Made by a program: the position numbers and the translations under genes
DNA from: Lytechinus pictus
Taxonomy: Eukaryota
DNA length: 64,000 nucleotides
Direction: 5' to 3'
Assembly (NCBI RefSeq): GCF_037042905.1
Contig: NC_087255.1
Span: 21,018,001 to 21,082,000 of the forward strand
Part shown: positions 50,928 to 64,000 of the stretch, one piece after another
How the letters are laid out: each line of letters begins with the position of its first letter
How positions within the stretch are numbered: position 1 is the first letter of the stretch
Notes under the pieces: generated by a model
Databases searched by the model: none
What the model was told of the DNA's origin: nothing
Seen by the model: the letters and a program-made list of their open reading frames with translations, nothing else

Positions 50928-52637
50928 AATTCAGCAGTTGATCTGGCAAGCTTAAATTTCTAGGAACAAAATGGGGCAACAAAATTTTCAGAGTCATGGC
51001 CTATTTACAATTATATAGCCCTATTTTCAAATGTTTTTATTTATAACAAGCATTTCTCAGCGAGGGAGCTTGCATGCTGTATATAGTTCTTCCTGTCAGT
51101 TCACAAAAATGTAATTTATGTGCAAATAGTTTGATTTTGATGAACTGGTATATTGCAGCCTATTTATAAATGGAATATTAAAACTTTTGATTTTGGTTTA
51201 ATTCCTCCTCTTCCTTTTCTTTGTATGTATGTGGAGGAATGAGGTGTACAATGCGATAAACTATTATTGTGACCTGGGTCCCGTAACACAAAGGTTGGCA
51301 ATTAATCGTACGCTTGATTCTTATGATCGATTGTACATTATAGTCAATGCAATCAATCGTAGAAAAATGTTCTACGATCATTGTTATTAAAGCTTTGTGT
51401 CACGGGCCCCTGGATGACTTTGAACTGTTTGGCATGGTACCATCATAACAAAAATGAAATAAGGAACCATTTTAGAAGTAAAAAAACCCAACATAACACA
51501 ATCCGTATGCTTGTAAGATTTGAGATTTATTCTTTTCTGTTCACAACAAAATACAATCAAAGTATAACAAAATGTCACACATTATAATTGTCAAGTATGT
51601 TTTTATTTGTAGCTTTATCAATAGTTACCGGTATTAGGAATCTTACATATTGTCTTCATCCTAGGTACCCGTTTCATTTTTTGTTTCTTCAAGTAATTTA
51701 CTTCTATCAAATTTGATGCGGAAACTTTTTTTTTAGTAGAAACTTGCACCTGAACTTCATTAGGATGCATCCTATCCTATGGATGCCCTGAATTTATTTT
51801 TTCTTTTAAAAGATGCTAAATGTTGTTTGCTTCTCTCTTGGTCCCATTCACCCTTCTCCCTTCCTGGCGGAGATTAGCGTGATGTTGCTAACAAGCGGGC
51901 TGGCATCCAGGGAGCGCTTATTAAGGGGTGCGTAGACGTCACCCAGATGCCCCCGTCATTGGACATGGCATCTCATTGTTAAGGCTGACACGCAACCCTT
52001 GCTCGCGTTTGTCTGGCAGCGCTGCGAGGATTAGCAGGAAATCGCATCAAGCCCCGACCAGAGAAAGACAATTAGCCCCCTTCGTCTCTTTTGTCTTTTT
52101 CGTCACTCGCTACAAAATAGGGAAACGCAGGAAGAGGAAGACAAAATCACAACCAGGTTTAGCTGATCATCTTTAACAAATTCAACAGAGTTCCTCTACT
52201 TTTAGGCTTCTCCAGTCGCAAGGGATGTTGTCATTTTAGATTTTAAGACGGTAAAATTATGAGTTTGAAGACCTGATGCTGGGTGCATTATCCTTTTTTT
52301 TCAGGAAACAATGCTCCCAGCCCACCAAACTCGCATTTAGGTTTTAAATCTCTGGCAAAGTCTTGCGTGGTTATGAAAGGCAGTAACGTTGCCATAGTTC
52401 TGTTAATGATCCAACCTACATGTACTAATGGTCAGATACTAGTACTCCTGAGAGAAATTGGATGGTCAGATAGAGTAATGATGAATATGTGATTCTTAGC
52501 AGGTGTCCTGGTCATTTTTTTGTCTTCATCAAAACTTATTTATCCTAAGAGCAAATTAATGACCATTATATTCTTTCATCCTCTGAAAGGTAATCAAAAT
52601 TTAATTGTCCTTTCAAATATGAGAAGATCCAAATCTA

Positions 52638-53071
52638 AGACACCGTTCTCACTACCTTCCTAAAACTAGTTTGGTGGAAACTAGTTTAACGTGTAGTGGG
52701 AACGGTCGAAGCGATCTTCCAAACCGGTTCAGAAAACCACCTTGCGATGTAGTTTTCAAGATCGCTTTGCCTCGTTAAACTGGTTTTAGCGTGAGGACAC
52801 AACCGTTCTTCGGGAAGCAATCTTCACACATTTTGAGCATGCTACTCCACACGACAGGTGTAGAATGCCTACGCTGTGGTTTCGAATTTCGCGCGAAACG
52901 TGTCACCCCACTGAGAGCGTTTCCATAGCAACATAATCGCTTTACGTGAAGTGATTTTGAAACCACTTTCGTGTGATCAAGTTGGAACACTAGCAAAGCA
53001 ATCTTCCAAACTGGTTTCCTAAATCGGTTTCCAGTAAACTAGTTTTAGAAAGCATAATGAGAACAGCCTCT
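52638..53071. mobile_element. Older Harbinger-like MITE
   Basis: Degenerate TIR ..GTTCTCA..CTAAAACTAGTTT at both ends; internal AAAC(C/T)(A/G)GTTT repeats. Confidence 0.7.
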
Positions 53072-55739
53072 AGGTTCCATTGTCTCTTGTGACAATTTGT
53101 TTTAACTTATTTTTATTGCAAGTTTTTGCCTCATTGCCGGTGCATTTTCCACAAGACATGCCAATGAAAAGACATAAGCTGCTAAGTGATTGAAATCCTG
53201 CCATTTGATTGGTTGAAGCAGTTTGTGAAAGTCATTTGTTCATCAATACCAGGTTTTATGTAACCTGGTATTTTCAAATTGTAGCCTTTCTTCCTTCCTT
53301 GAAAGAGATGGGCATGTGGTGGACTTGAAAAAGTTTTACCACTTCAAAGAAATAAACTGATTTAACTTGTCATCATAAATGAAATAGGATGATGGGAGGC
53401 CAAATGGTTCCGCTGTCTGTGCGATGTGACCCAGATATCAAAACTATGTCAAAGTGCATGTCCCTTTAAATTCCTCAAGACAAAGTCAGTTAAATAAGAT
53501 TTTGTATAGTTAGCATTTAACTTTCATAAGCACATACACCAGTTTTATTTTCTATTTACCAATGTACTTGCATATGTTATTGGTCAAACTAAATTATGTC
53601 TATAAAATAATGTTTAAAATGCATTTCCATATATGCCACCACTGTAATTTCTAACAGTTTAGAAGAGTAGTGACTCGTGACATGGGTATCTGATTTTTGG
53701 AATAGAAATGGCATTAGAATTCCTTCTTTTTAAAATGGAAATAAAACTGTTAGACCTAAATGGATACTCTGCAGAATGGCTTAATCATGACTTCTTTTAT
53801 TTTGCTATTTGTGCAGATACTTTCGTTAATATTTCCCAAGCAGTTGTCACACACTGCATTTATTCATCTCATGAAGCATGAAAATATAATGGCCTATACG
53901 GATTGACTCACAAGTAATTCAAAATTTTCTTGATATTAGTCATTTTATCAATTTAAAAAAATCTTAATCAATCTACAAATTGTACAGAATACCATAAGAT
54001 TTATCTTTAATTGACATCTAAGGCTAAATGAACTATTGAAAATAATAAAAGTATTGAAATAAAGAAAGAGTGTCAAGGATTTTTGTATGAGGATACACAA
54101 AATGTCAAGGAAACTCTACCGATTCCTTCAAGCCGTGAAAAGCTGTTTTAAAACGTTATGATAATAATCTGATACTTCTCTATCCCCCTTCTCCATCCAT
54201 TTAAACCAAAACTCAAGTCTGCAAACTCATAGTATATCTTGTAATTCTTGAAGCGTGGCTTGTGCCAGCCCGGCTCCTGCGAGTCTGGCAATCCACGCTC
54301 CGATCCTTGCACGTCTGCCATTTGTTTTATACTCAACTACCCATGCTAATCTCCTAACGAATCTCCCTGGATCTCCCACCTGTCGCTCTGTAGGGTATAC
54401 CTGGGGAAAAGCGGCCCAGCAAGCCCAGCGGTAGATTCAAATTATTATCCTAGTTATTAGCTTATGACTCATCAAGTCTCTAAGCCTTTTAGGCAGGGCA
54501 GTCAGGTTTAGTTAGAGAAGGAGAGGAGAGAAAGAGATAGAGAGAAAGAAAGAGGGAGAGAGAGCAAGAGCAACTGACTAGGTCTATCAAAATTAAAACA
54601 GTTTCAACTATTGTGATGTATTAAAACTGGCCAAAATCCTTCCAAGTCAATTAGTGCATTATCAAATAACAGGTCCTTGATAATAAAACTCCTGTTAGAT
54701 CACATAAAACTTACTTACTAATAATAATCTTAAAATGGTTTCTTCATTGAAATCTTGATTTTGGTAGGCTGATGAACGATATTGCAATTATTAATAATGA
54801 TAATAATAATTATATATGTACCCAGAGTAGCCACTTCATTTCCGAAAACTGTTCTACCAGCTGGTCCTGCTATCATTACAACATTAGTATTACTTGGCAT
54901 AAGTTCTTCAATCAGTTATCAAAGTTCATAACCTTGGTACATAAAACTAATTAAAAAAAACTTTGTCGTCACTGGTAACTTCTGAGAGGGCCAAGAACCA
55001 ATTATCTTTTTTTTTCAAAATCAGAAATAATGACATGATTTATTATGCTAGGCTACACTTATTTCAATTTTCATTTCATATTCAATTTTCCTTTATGCTT
55101 TGCCTCATCTGATGTTCATCAAATACATATGCAGTATTCGCCTGTCAAATATGATTACTCTTTAATTTTTGAAAGTGTAAATGTTTGATAAAAAATGATT
55201 AATTTAAAGTAAATAGAATAATGCGATGGAGGTGGAGCAGGAGGAGTATAAAAAAAGAGATATGAAAATACAAAGATGATGATAAAGATAAAGAGACAGA
55301 TAAAAAGAGAAAGAATAATAAGAAAAAAGATAAATGCAAAGAAAGAAGCCAGACATAGAAATAGAAAAAAAGACATAGAAAAAACTATTCATAGGATTAT
55401 GTTGGCCCATTTTTTGCAGTCTGAGTTTCTGCATTTTATTCACAAATCAGTCATAATTTAACATCTTCATATAATAATAACAATGATATCAATGAATACA
55501 TTTTAAATGTGACAATAAAAAAGATAAATAATAATTTCAAAGACTGAGAATAGTATCATAAATAAAGCATGTGAAATTGTAAAAATGCAGGGGTAAGCGT
55601 TAATCAGGAAACTGCTTGAAGCAATGGCAGCCAGCAGGGACGTGTATGTTAAAAATCATCTATTTCCATTTTAAATTTCCATGTATTAGGTTACCTGATC
55701 CATACTCTGCATCTATCAAGGCAACCGATCAACACCATC

Positions 55740-55958
55740 ATGGCCAGCTCTGTTGACCGGAGACTATCCACATCGGGAATGACCAGGTCCAGCTCAGCGA
55801 GGTCATTGACCTCTACTCCCATGACGACCGCTACGTCCACATCTAACCCGGATGACACCTCAGAGATGACAGAGGATAGCATCAGGCGTGTCCGAGGGAG
55901 CCAGGCAGGAGGGGATCATGCAGGGGGGAGGCTGGAGATGGATGGAGATGACTCACAG
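55740..55958 (+). CDS. Probable first coding exon of an unidentified gene (Ser/Thr-rich N-terminus MASSVDRRLSTSGMTRSSSARS...DGDDSQ)
   Basis: Acceptor tttccatgtattag|G at 55689/55690, Kozak-like ACCATCATGG, 73 open codons with raised GC content, and a phase-0 donor CAG|GTAAAA at 55958. Confidence 0.65.
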
Positions 55959-56450
55959 GTAAAAATTAAAATTCTTCTCAAAGATTTTTTTTCTGTTTAG
56001 AGCTAAAAGGTCATATGTCTATTTCTATTTTATGTGTCTACCAATTCTTCCCAGTTTATGGGGGGGGGATGGAAGTTGAGATTTCACTGTTTAGCCTTGT
56101 GATCATATATGCTTTATATTTTTCATACAGGTAAAATCAAAAGTATTCTCTAAGATTTTGTTTCTGTTTAGAGCAAAAGGGTTGTATGTACATGTATGTA
56201 CATGTCACTTTTACATAGCTACCAGTTCTTGCCATTTGGGGGGAAGCGCTGATATTACTGTACATAGCCTTGTGATCTTTTGTTATAAATATACACTTTA
56301 TGATATACTCACAGGTAAAAGTCAGATCCTTGTGAAAGATGCGTTATCTGTTTTGGAGCTAAAAGGTAATTTGTCCATTTTTATGCATACATGAAATTGG
56401 AAGCGCAGCTCTCACTGTACATGTCCTTGTGATCGTATGAACATGCTTAA
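55950..56450 (+). repeat. Three diverged copies (172-184 bp apart) of the exon/intron junction
   Basis: ACAG|GTAAAA...AGAT..TCTGTTT.GAGC.AAA.GG at 55958, 56130 and 56314. Confidence 0.8.
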
Positions 56451-59400
56451 TTTTTATGAACATAGTTTTTATCAATTTTACAATTTCACATCTAGGAGCA
56501 ATTTTGCGTAGTGCTGATCAATTTCTCATTTTCATGTTGGAACATCTCTGGGATAAGTGCAAGTGTTTTCGCTAACACGGAAGAGAAAGCATTTCAAGCA
56601 CTGATATGTGTAAATCATGATCGTGTGTGCAACAAAACGGGCCATTTCAAGGATTCAAGAGGCATTTCAATCAAAATTAAGATGAATTTTTGTTCCAGGT
56701 ATAACAAAGTCCTACATTCTTTGATATGGAACCCGCAAAACATCAGATTCATTGTTAGTAAACTGTTCGGTGTGACCATTAATTTAAATTTCACCCTCAC
56801 TTTGTGTGTAATTCAGGGGATGTAGAAAATTATTTGCATTTTCATTTGCCAGACAATGTGCATCGGTCGGGCTACGTCAAGGTGTGAAATAAGCTTTTTC
56901 TTTGATTTTATTGTTATCTCATTATACGTGTACATGTTAAGGAGATAGTGAAAATTGTGTTGACATTAAATTTCCAATCTTCAGGATTTTATTACAAAAC
57001 AAACATTAAGAGTGTTTGTCCATTGTATTTCTTTGACCTTCGGAAGTTTTCCCTATTTAAATGACCCTTGACATTTTACTACGTCCACATCTAATGTGGA
57101 TAATCCACTGTTGGTCCAAGGCTCCGTTCAAGAACCATGGCCGGACGGTGTTAGGAAGGGGGTCAGAGAAGACCGAGGATTAAAGAAGATTTGCGGAACC
57201 TTGGCCTAGCAAGATCAGGAGAGAATGTCAACAATTAAAGCTTGAAGTATAATTATTAGTGACATGTTTTCAAGACAAATTAATAGGGAAGGTAAGATAG
57301 AGTTTACCAGTTGGCATGGAGGGAAGAGAGAAATAGGGCGGGGAGAGGGAGAGAAAGAGAGAGATATGTAATGGCTCATATTCACAAAGGTGGATTCAAT
57401 TGTACCATTGTATTAATGAAACCATTGATTCCGCAGATTAATTGTATTATCGCGCATCGATTTAGCGCCCTATTCCAAATGCGTGCATTTATAACGGGTC
57501 TTTTCTTATACAGGTATGACATGGAAACCCCCTCCCCCTTCCCTGAAGAAAAAGTTTCATGACCATTAAAATAATAGAAAAAAAGAAAGGAAAGGGAAAG
57601 GGGTGAACTATTATATTTTTCTGAAAATTATGTCAAAATCTAAATTGCTTGCTCACTTGTGACCTTTTAGCAATTTTGCCTTATCCACCATGTTGAGCCC
57701 CTCAAATTGTGGCTCATTCAGGCATTGATGATACAACACATAACATATAAGAAAGGTCGTATTGAAACAAACATCATAACTAGTCTCTTCCCTAATGACA
57801 TAGAGAAAGGAACATGAAAGGTTATGCTTGGTGATTGCCATTTTGATTTCCAAATCAAATTCATTTAAGATATGTCTACCTGAATATAACAGATATTTAT
57901 CTGAACTTCAGGCCTCTTTATCTCACTTTCTCTCTCTGTCACTTAGGGTGTCTTATCAGCCGTACAATCGGAATGGTAATTCTGTGATTGAGGAATGATC
58001 TGTCAAATTGACTGTTTGTAATGACTTTGAAAGGCAGTAGCAGGAGGGTTCTGGGTAGGGCTATTGTTTCCTCTCTCGCTTTCTGTATTGCTTCCAATTA
58101 ATTCCCCCTTCCAAGGTGGCCCTGCATGCACTAAGGCACTGAGGAAGGAGATGAGGAGAAGGAATAGAGGGAGCAGAGAAAGTATTAACTAAACACAGAA
58201 GCAGAGAATGAAAGTTGGAGAGAGGGAAAGAGAGAGAGAGAGAGTTGGGGGGTTAAGAAAGTGATAGAGAGAGATACTTATAGAAGGAGAATGATGTAAG
58301 CACATAGGATTTAGAGTGAAATGAAGTTTTTAAAAACGCAGGACTTTCAAGGAACACTGAACAAACGGTTAACAACAATAGGAGAATGAGGAGATAGGGA
58401 AGAAGGGAGAGAAAGCTAGAGGAAGAGCAAAAGAAGGAAAATTTAATGGTGTAAAGGAGAAATTGAGTAACAGCAACAGAAAGCCATCTGTTCACGTTTG
58501 CTGATAGCAGCAAACAATTTTGGAGAGACAGGATGACAAAATATGTATGGGACTTTCTTTTAGTGGTACATTAAAGTCACTTTAAAGATACGAGGGGGGT
58601 GGGGGAGAGACCAGGTATGATAGTTAATAGGTTTATAGAATTCAGAAAAAAGGAAAATAAAATTAAAAGAGAGGGGAATCAGAGAAAGGCGGAGGGTGAT
58701 CGAGGAAAGGGTTCCATGACATTTGCTCTGTTCTGCATTTCACACATTAATCAAATGACCAACTTCAGCCTTGGGTTTTACACTATACCCTATCCTAAAC
58801 CTTACCCTAAACCTAACAAAAGCCTATTGCAACCTTAACTCTACATGTTAGATGAAAATAAGCCCGGATCAATTGTCGCAGGAGTGAATGTTGTGTCACC
58901 TAGGAAAGTCCTTCAGAAAATCTTACAGAAACTTGAAGAGTCATCCTACCTCCTTGTTTGAGGTGGAGCAGGTAACGTCAAGGATTGGGAAATGCAAGGA
59001 AGTTTTGTGACACTTCGATGTCTGGAGATGGCGGGAGATTAATAGATGACTAACAGGACGCATAAAATCTGGATTGAATTTTATGAATGGGAAAAAGGCA
59101 GTGCATTTGTTTTCAGAGGAGCTTTTATGTGACCCACTCTCTGTTTCTGGTCAGTTCTCTAATAACATCTTTCTGAACTCTTGAAAGTGTTACAATGCAA
59201 TCTTGTATCATGAAAGCATTCTACCTGTAACATATAGAGACTCTTAAAAGAAAAGATGATATTCTATGAGGGTATCTTAGAGAGACAAACATGGAACTGT
59301 CCTGTGAAATAGTGGTAATAATTTGTTGGGAGATCTTGTTAATTGTATGCTTACTGTGTTAAAAGTTCTCTAACTTAAGAACAGCCTAAGAAAGTTTTCC

Positions 59401-59918
59401 TTGGTAATTGTAATTGTATATTCCATGTGAAATTTTACAGCAAGTAATTTCTTAACTTAATTAACTTCACACATCTTCTTATAATTGGTAATAACCAATG
59501 AGTCATACAAATATATATAAATTAAGCAAAAACCTTGGCTATCAGAATAAAATTATCGAACTTAAAGTACCTCCCTAGAAAGTAAAGCCTTTTGACAAAA
59601 CTTGATTTCAGAGATGCCTTGACAGTCCAGGATGTCTTATTGGATTAACCACTTCTTTGTAGTTAGGGCACATGATGATTTGACAGTATTTATAATGATT
59701 CCTAGCAAAAAAGTGCATATTTCTTTTGAGGTTTTTGGTAGAATGTCCATTAAAAGAGATTCCATCAGCAGGTTGTCAGTTTTCCGAAGGACACCGTGAG
59801 ACAGAAACAAGACCTTTGTTAAATTTTGCTCGCGAGCGAAGCCGCAACAATCGCTGCCCGGAAGCCATATGTTCTCACTTAGCGCCAGCTGACCTAACTC
59901 CAAAGTCCTTGCTGACAG

Positions 59919-60002
59919 ACTACAGATTCTCCTACGCGTGTTGTTCCTGTGCTTGGTCCAGGGGTAGCCTCATCAGAACCAATTTCCTCTGCGGCATTTG
60001 AG
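59919..60002 (+). CDS. Candidate next exon of the same gene (TTDSPTRVVPVLGPGVASSEPISSAAFE)
   Basis: Branch-point-like CTAAC at about 59894, acceptor gtccttgctgacag|, 84 bp open in phase 0 (compatible with the 55958 donor), donor GAG|GTAAAC. Confidence 0.4.
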
Positions 60003-62821
60003 GTAAACAGAGGTACCCCTCTATCGCTTCAGTCGCAGTGTCCTCTTATAGGAGAGCCATGGAGAGATGGCAAGAGAGAAATTGAGACAGGGAAAGAGAA
60101 GGGTAAAGGGGACAAAAATGAGGCGTATTAAGTTCTTCCCCTTCCCCATAATTTGCCAAGCCACGTCAGGGTTAGTCACATCCTGTCCATTAAACACTGA
60201 TCTGGGTCCTCTCCTAAAACAATGCTCACCAATTATCGCCATCCCCCTTCCCAGCATCTTGGTAGACTCGCTGGAATCTGGTCCCAGCTGCTGATAGGAG
60301 TTCATATAAATGTCCTTTCTTTTTCTTATGGTCCATTTTGCTCCAGTCAAGTTCTGAACATTGGCTGACTGAAATATAGTCAACTTATTAGCTGTAGGTA
60401 CATGTATATCACCAGCGTGGAAGAAGCTAGAGGGTCCCAAGACCCTTACCAAATTCTGAACTGTGGAAGACTCTGTATGATACTAGTTTGTCATTGGTCA
60501 ATATAAATGGATGAGTGGGCCACAAAATATTAACCATTGTAGAAATTGCCGGAAAAATTGGTGCAGGATTTAAAGAGAATGGCCTTGTCTGAAATTTTGA
60601 ATTACTGCTTTTTCCAGAAATACATTGTCAGTCTTATTTTATTGATGCCATCACTCATCTAATTGATCTGGCATGAAAATTGTAATGTTGTATTTTTTTG
60701 ACGCAACATTTTCTTTTTTTTTCTTCGACAGCAATGAAATCAATTTCCACTCCATTCTATTGATTTCAAGTAGACACTTTTCTGTGAATTTTAAAGCTTT
60801 GAACCTCACATCTGACCCTAATTCTTCTATTTCATTCTATTAAAGGAAACCCCAGAATATGGGTTGAATTACCTCACAGAGGAATAAGCCTATCAAGCAA
60901 TCACTCTGTAAACTTCTCCCGGGTGGAGTTTAGGTGTGCAATGCAATATAAACTTGATCTATTTTCCTTTCCTGTTTGTCTCTGTTGGTATCTATGGGAC
61001 AAAGGAAGTTGCCAAATCTACCTGGAAACCAGGAGTCCTCTGTTATCTCTCCAAGGGAAATTATGGTTTTGATAGTTAACATGGTAACAAATTAGGTTAG
61101 ATTTAACTAGTGCCAAATTGGAGAGGTACACTGTGGAGCTGTAATGCTGATGCAAAGGGAAATATCCAAGGAAAGGGGCAAACTGCTCTGCAAAGCGAGT
61201 AGAGCAGTGGCCTAGCTTTGAGAAGAAGATTACCCAGATCAAGGATGTAAACCAAGAATTTGTTCTATGGTCAGAAATTCATTTCAAACAGTTAATGAAA
61301 TATTGTCTGAAAAATTTGTTAGATTGGTTTCTTGTCTGGAATTCCAACTTGTCTGGACATAAAAGTACCCATCGCTAAAGAAAGATTAAAGAAAGAAGAC
61401 CTGGGGGCCCAGTTTCATATAAACTCCAAATTATGGCAGCTACCATGGTAACAGCTCAGCAGCCAATCACAATCAAGGTTCCCATATAATGTTAATTACA
61501 TAAATGGCACATTTGCCAAAGTTGTAAGACTTTGTGAAACCATGAACCCTACCATGGTGAAACTGACCTCATGACCACCAAGTTGTGTCTTCGGTATAGC
61601 ATAATTGCTCATAATGCAAGGATCAGAAGACTGTTATATAATTTTCTTGAAATCAAATTATCTTATAATTCTTGCCTCTGCACTATTTGAGATTTGATTA
61701 CATTTTATAATTGTTTGAACTGTTGTATGTGCTGTGTTTCTTCATGTGATGTCAAGACAGTCCATGCTATTCATATTTAGATGCAAATATGGTATCCAAT
61801 CTTGACAATGTAACACCCAGTGGTCACTTTGACATCGTATGATCATGTGTTTCCTCCAAGAATCTGACCTAGTGTTTCCTGAAAACAGCATATGTCCTTT
61901 TACCATTGCATTTCTCTGAATAAAGGAAGCATATTGGTTTCAAAAGGACATGTATCCCTTGTGCTAATTAATTTATCAATTGTGCAATTTAATGATATTT
62001 CTTGTTATCAAAACCACTCTTTCCCTTTCCTGTTTTGCATTAAATTTGCAATACTTTGAATGAAGGATCCATGCTAAAAAGGCAAAATAGAATCTATTCA
62101 AAGTTGTATGGTCTTTTCAAACTGATCAGTTTTGTGTTGGTCACTATAAACCATTCTGTACTTCCTTTCTTTTTCCATTTCTATTGTATTAGTGTACAAA
62201 TAAAGTGTCATTTGTTCAAAGTCTAATGTTTTTCTTAAAAGCTGAAAGACTTTAATGACATATCTTTTTAATTCAAATACTCTTTATCTTGAAATATTTC
62301 ATGTGGTTAAAGTTTACAATTTATCATCCAAGAATTATTTTTTTACTTTTTGCATTATTTTGATGCAATACATATATTTATATATTTTTAAGTTGCAAAG
62401 TGAATAAAGAACTTATTCCCTTTCTGAAAGTAATATTTGTTTTAAAGATATTTCCAGCTGGCTGATTTTACATCTTGTGATGTACCGCTCATTTCTCATC
62501 CCTCATCACGTATTGCCCAAAGTTTTGCAATATTCCAGCTGACCGTTCAGTCTGGAGACACTAGATTTTGATGGGTAATTGTTAGGAAACAGCTGAATTG
62601 TTTTGGCAAGATCTAGGCAAATGCATAGCCTGCACCCCTTCACCTGTTGGCGAAGTCTTCCATATTGTTCTGACAATCTGGGGTTAAACCTTGCTCTGAA
62701 GTTGCATGGAAGGATCTGGTTAATCCATTGAATGAAGTTATTTCTTGCAGAATAGATCTTTGATTATAATTTAGATACAGATATTCAGATCTATATGACC
62801 TAGCTCAAAATGCATGTTGTT

Positions 62822-62940
62822 ATGGACGATTGGTCTAAGGAGTCTGACAGGATACTACATATAGGTCCAGGATTTGAAACCCGACCACTGCATACTGAAT
62901 AGTTATCCACCTGAGCAAGACATTTTATGCACACTGTTTT
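62822..62940 (+). mobile_element. Degenerate tRNA-derived SINE fragment
   Basis: TTGGTCTAAGG (A-box-like), GATTTGAAACCC (B-box-like) and a CTGAGCAAGACATTTTATGCACAC core-like segment. Confidence 0.45.
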
Positions 62941-64000
62941 TTCACATCTTTTCGATGGAGATGTAAAAAATTTGGTTTCAAGATTGAATGATAATATCTG
63001 ATTGATAAATGTCTGGAAAAAATCTGAAAGACACACATTCATGTTTTGGGAATCAAGACAACTTTGTTTTTAATTTAAAATGTATTTTACTTCATCTGTG
63101 TGAGTAGGAATCAAGTAACCTAGGATTATGAAAAATTTGATGGTGCAACAAAGGATTTCTTATATCTTGAATCACACATTTTCAGTCAAACTTACGGGAC
63201 TGAGTGGACTCAGTTCACTGTTTATCACCATTTTATGGAACAGAACTTGTGTTCCAAGTGTGGGTAAATGCACAGCCACACCCACACATGACTTTGTATT
63301 TATTGGTAACTTCTATCCAACTTTGATCAACAAACAGTCAGAATCAAGGATTCCTTGGAAGTTATTATCTATACTATTAGTATCATAGATAACAAGTATA
63401 CTTCGATTCAGCTTTGCAGAAAAAAAGGAAAATGTGAGAAATCTTCTTTCGAGTTATTCATGAACATGTACAGAAAACAATATCTTATTTACTTTGTATA
63501 ACCATGCATGTACTTCAAAAAGCAATCATAAAGAGCTATCAGATTTTCTTGTTTGATCCTCATCTGCTATCACATACACCAGGTTTCAATCCCGAAAGAG
63601 AGCTAATTAACGCCACTCTCAGCAAAGTCACGCTCTAACGAAACCCATTCCCATCCTCTCAGAGAAACAAGAGGCCGTAACCAGTCACGAATGTTTCTCT
63701 CTGCACAGGGGAAGGCGCTTTATGTCTCATAGGTAGGGTTGTGTTTATCCGTGTGAGCCGCATCAATGTCAGAACATCTTATACAAGCCCACATCCATAT
63801 CTCCCTCTGTCCTTTCTAATATCCGTGCGACGCTCTCATTCTAGTTTCACTTCTCATTGCCTGAATGAATATGAAGTGCTTGATGGAGGAAAAGAAGGAA
63901 TAAAATGGGCTAAAATTGTGTCTCTGATGATTTAATTCTGCTCTTGAGATTTAGGAATGAATTTCTGCTAAGTAATACTAATGTCTGGGTGAAATTCAGT

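Noticed and set aside
58785-58900. Telomere-like CCCTA(A) repeats
   Set aside because: Only a few degenerate units, inside what looks like a MITE end (…TGTCACC).

Overview
Eukaryotic, AT-rich, repeat-dense animal DNA with two N gaps. A sea-urchin/echinoderm origin is inferred from the SINE/MITE types and the Jun sequence, not verified. The one clearly recognisable host gene is an intronless AP-1 factor jun (41037-41972, minus strand) with a motif-dense promoter. That promoter appears to be shared head-to-head with an unidentified plus-strand gene (candidate exons at about 42715-42755, 55690-55958 and 59919-60002). The largest structure, invisible in the ORF track, is a 17,383-bp CACTA/EnSpm-like element (17135-34517) with CACTCT...AGAGTG ends and a TA duplication. 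It splits a SINE in two. It has no recognisable transposase but carries a spliced 7-exon gene (about 395 codons, one frameshift, 5' exon not found) plus many nested elements. The rest is MITEs (CAC..GTG, hAT-like, Kolobok-like, Harbinger-like, CCCGGG-ended), SINE/LINE fragments and candidate AP-1/CRE/NF-kB enhancers. TAGGCCTA and TACATGTA octamers are abundant, and internal repeat comparisons suggest they are insertions at TA sites (possible transposon excision scars).
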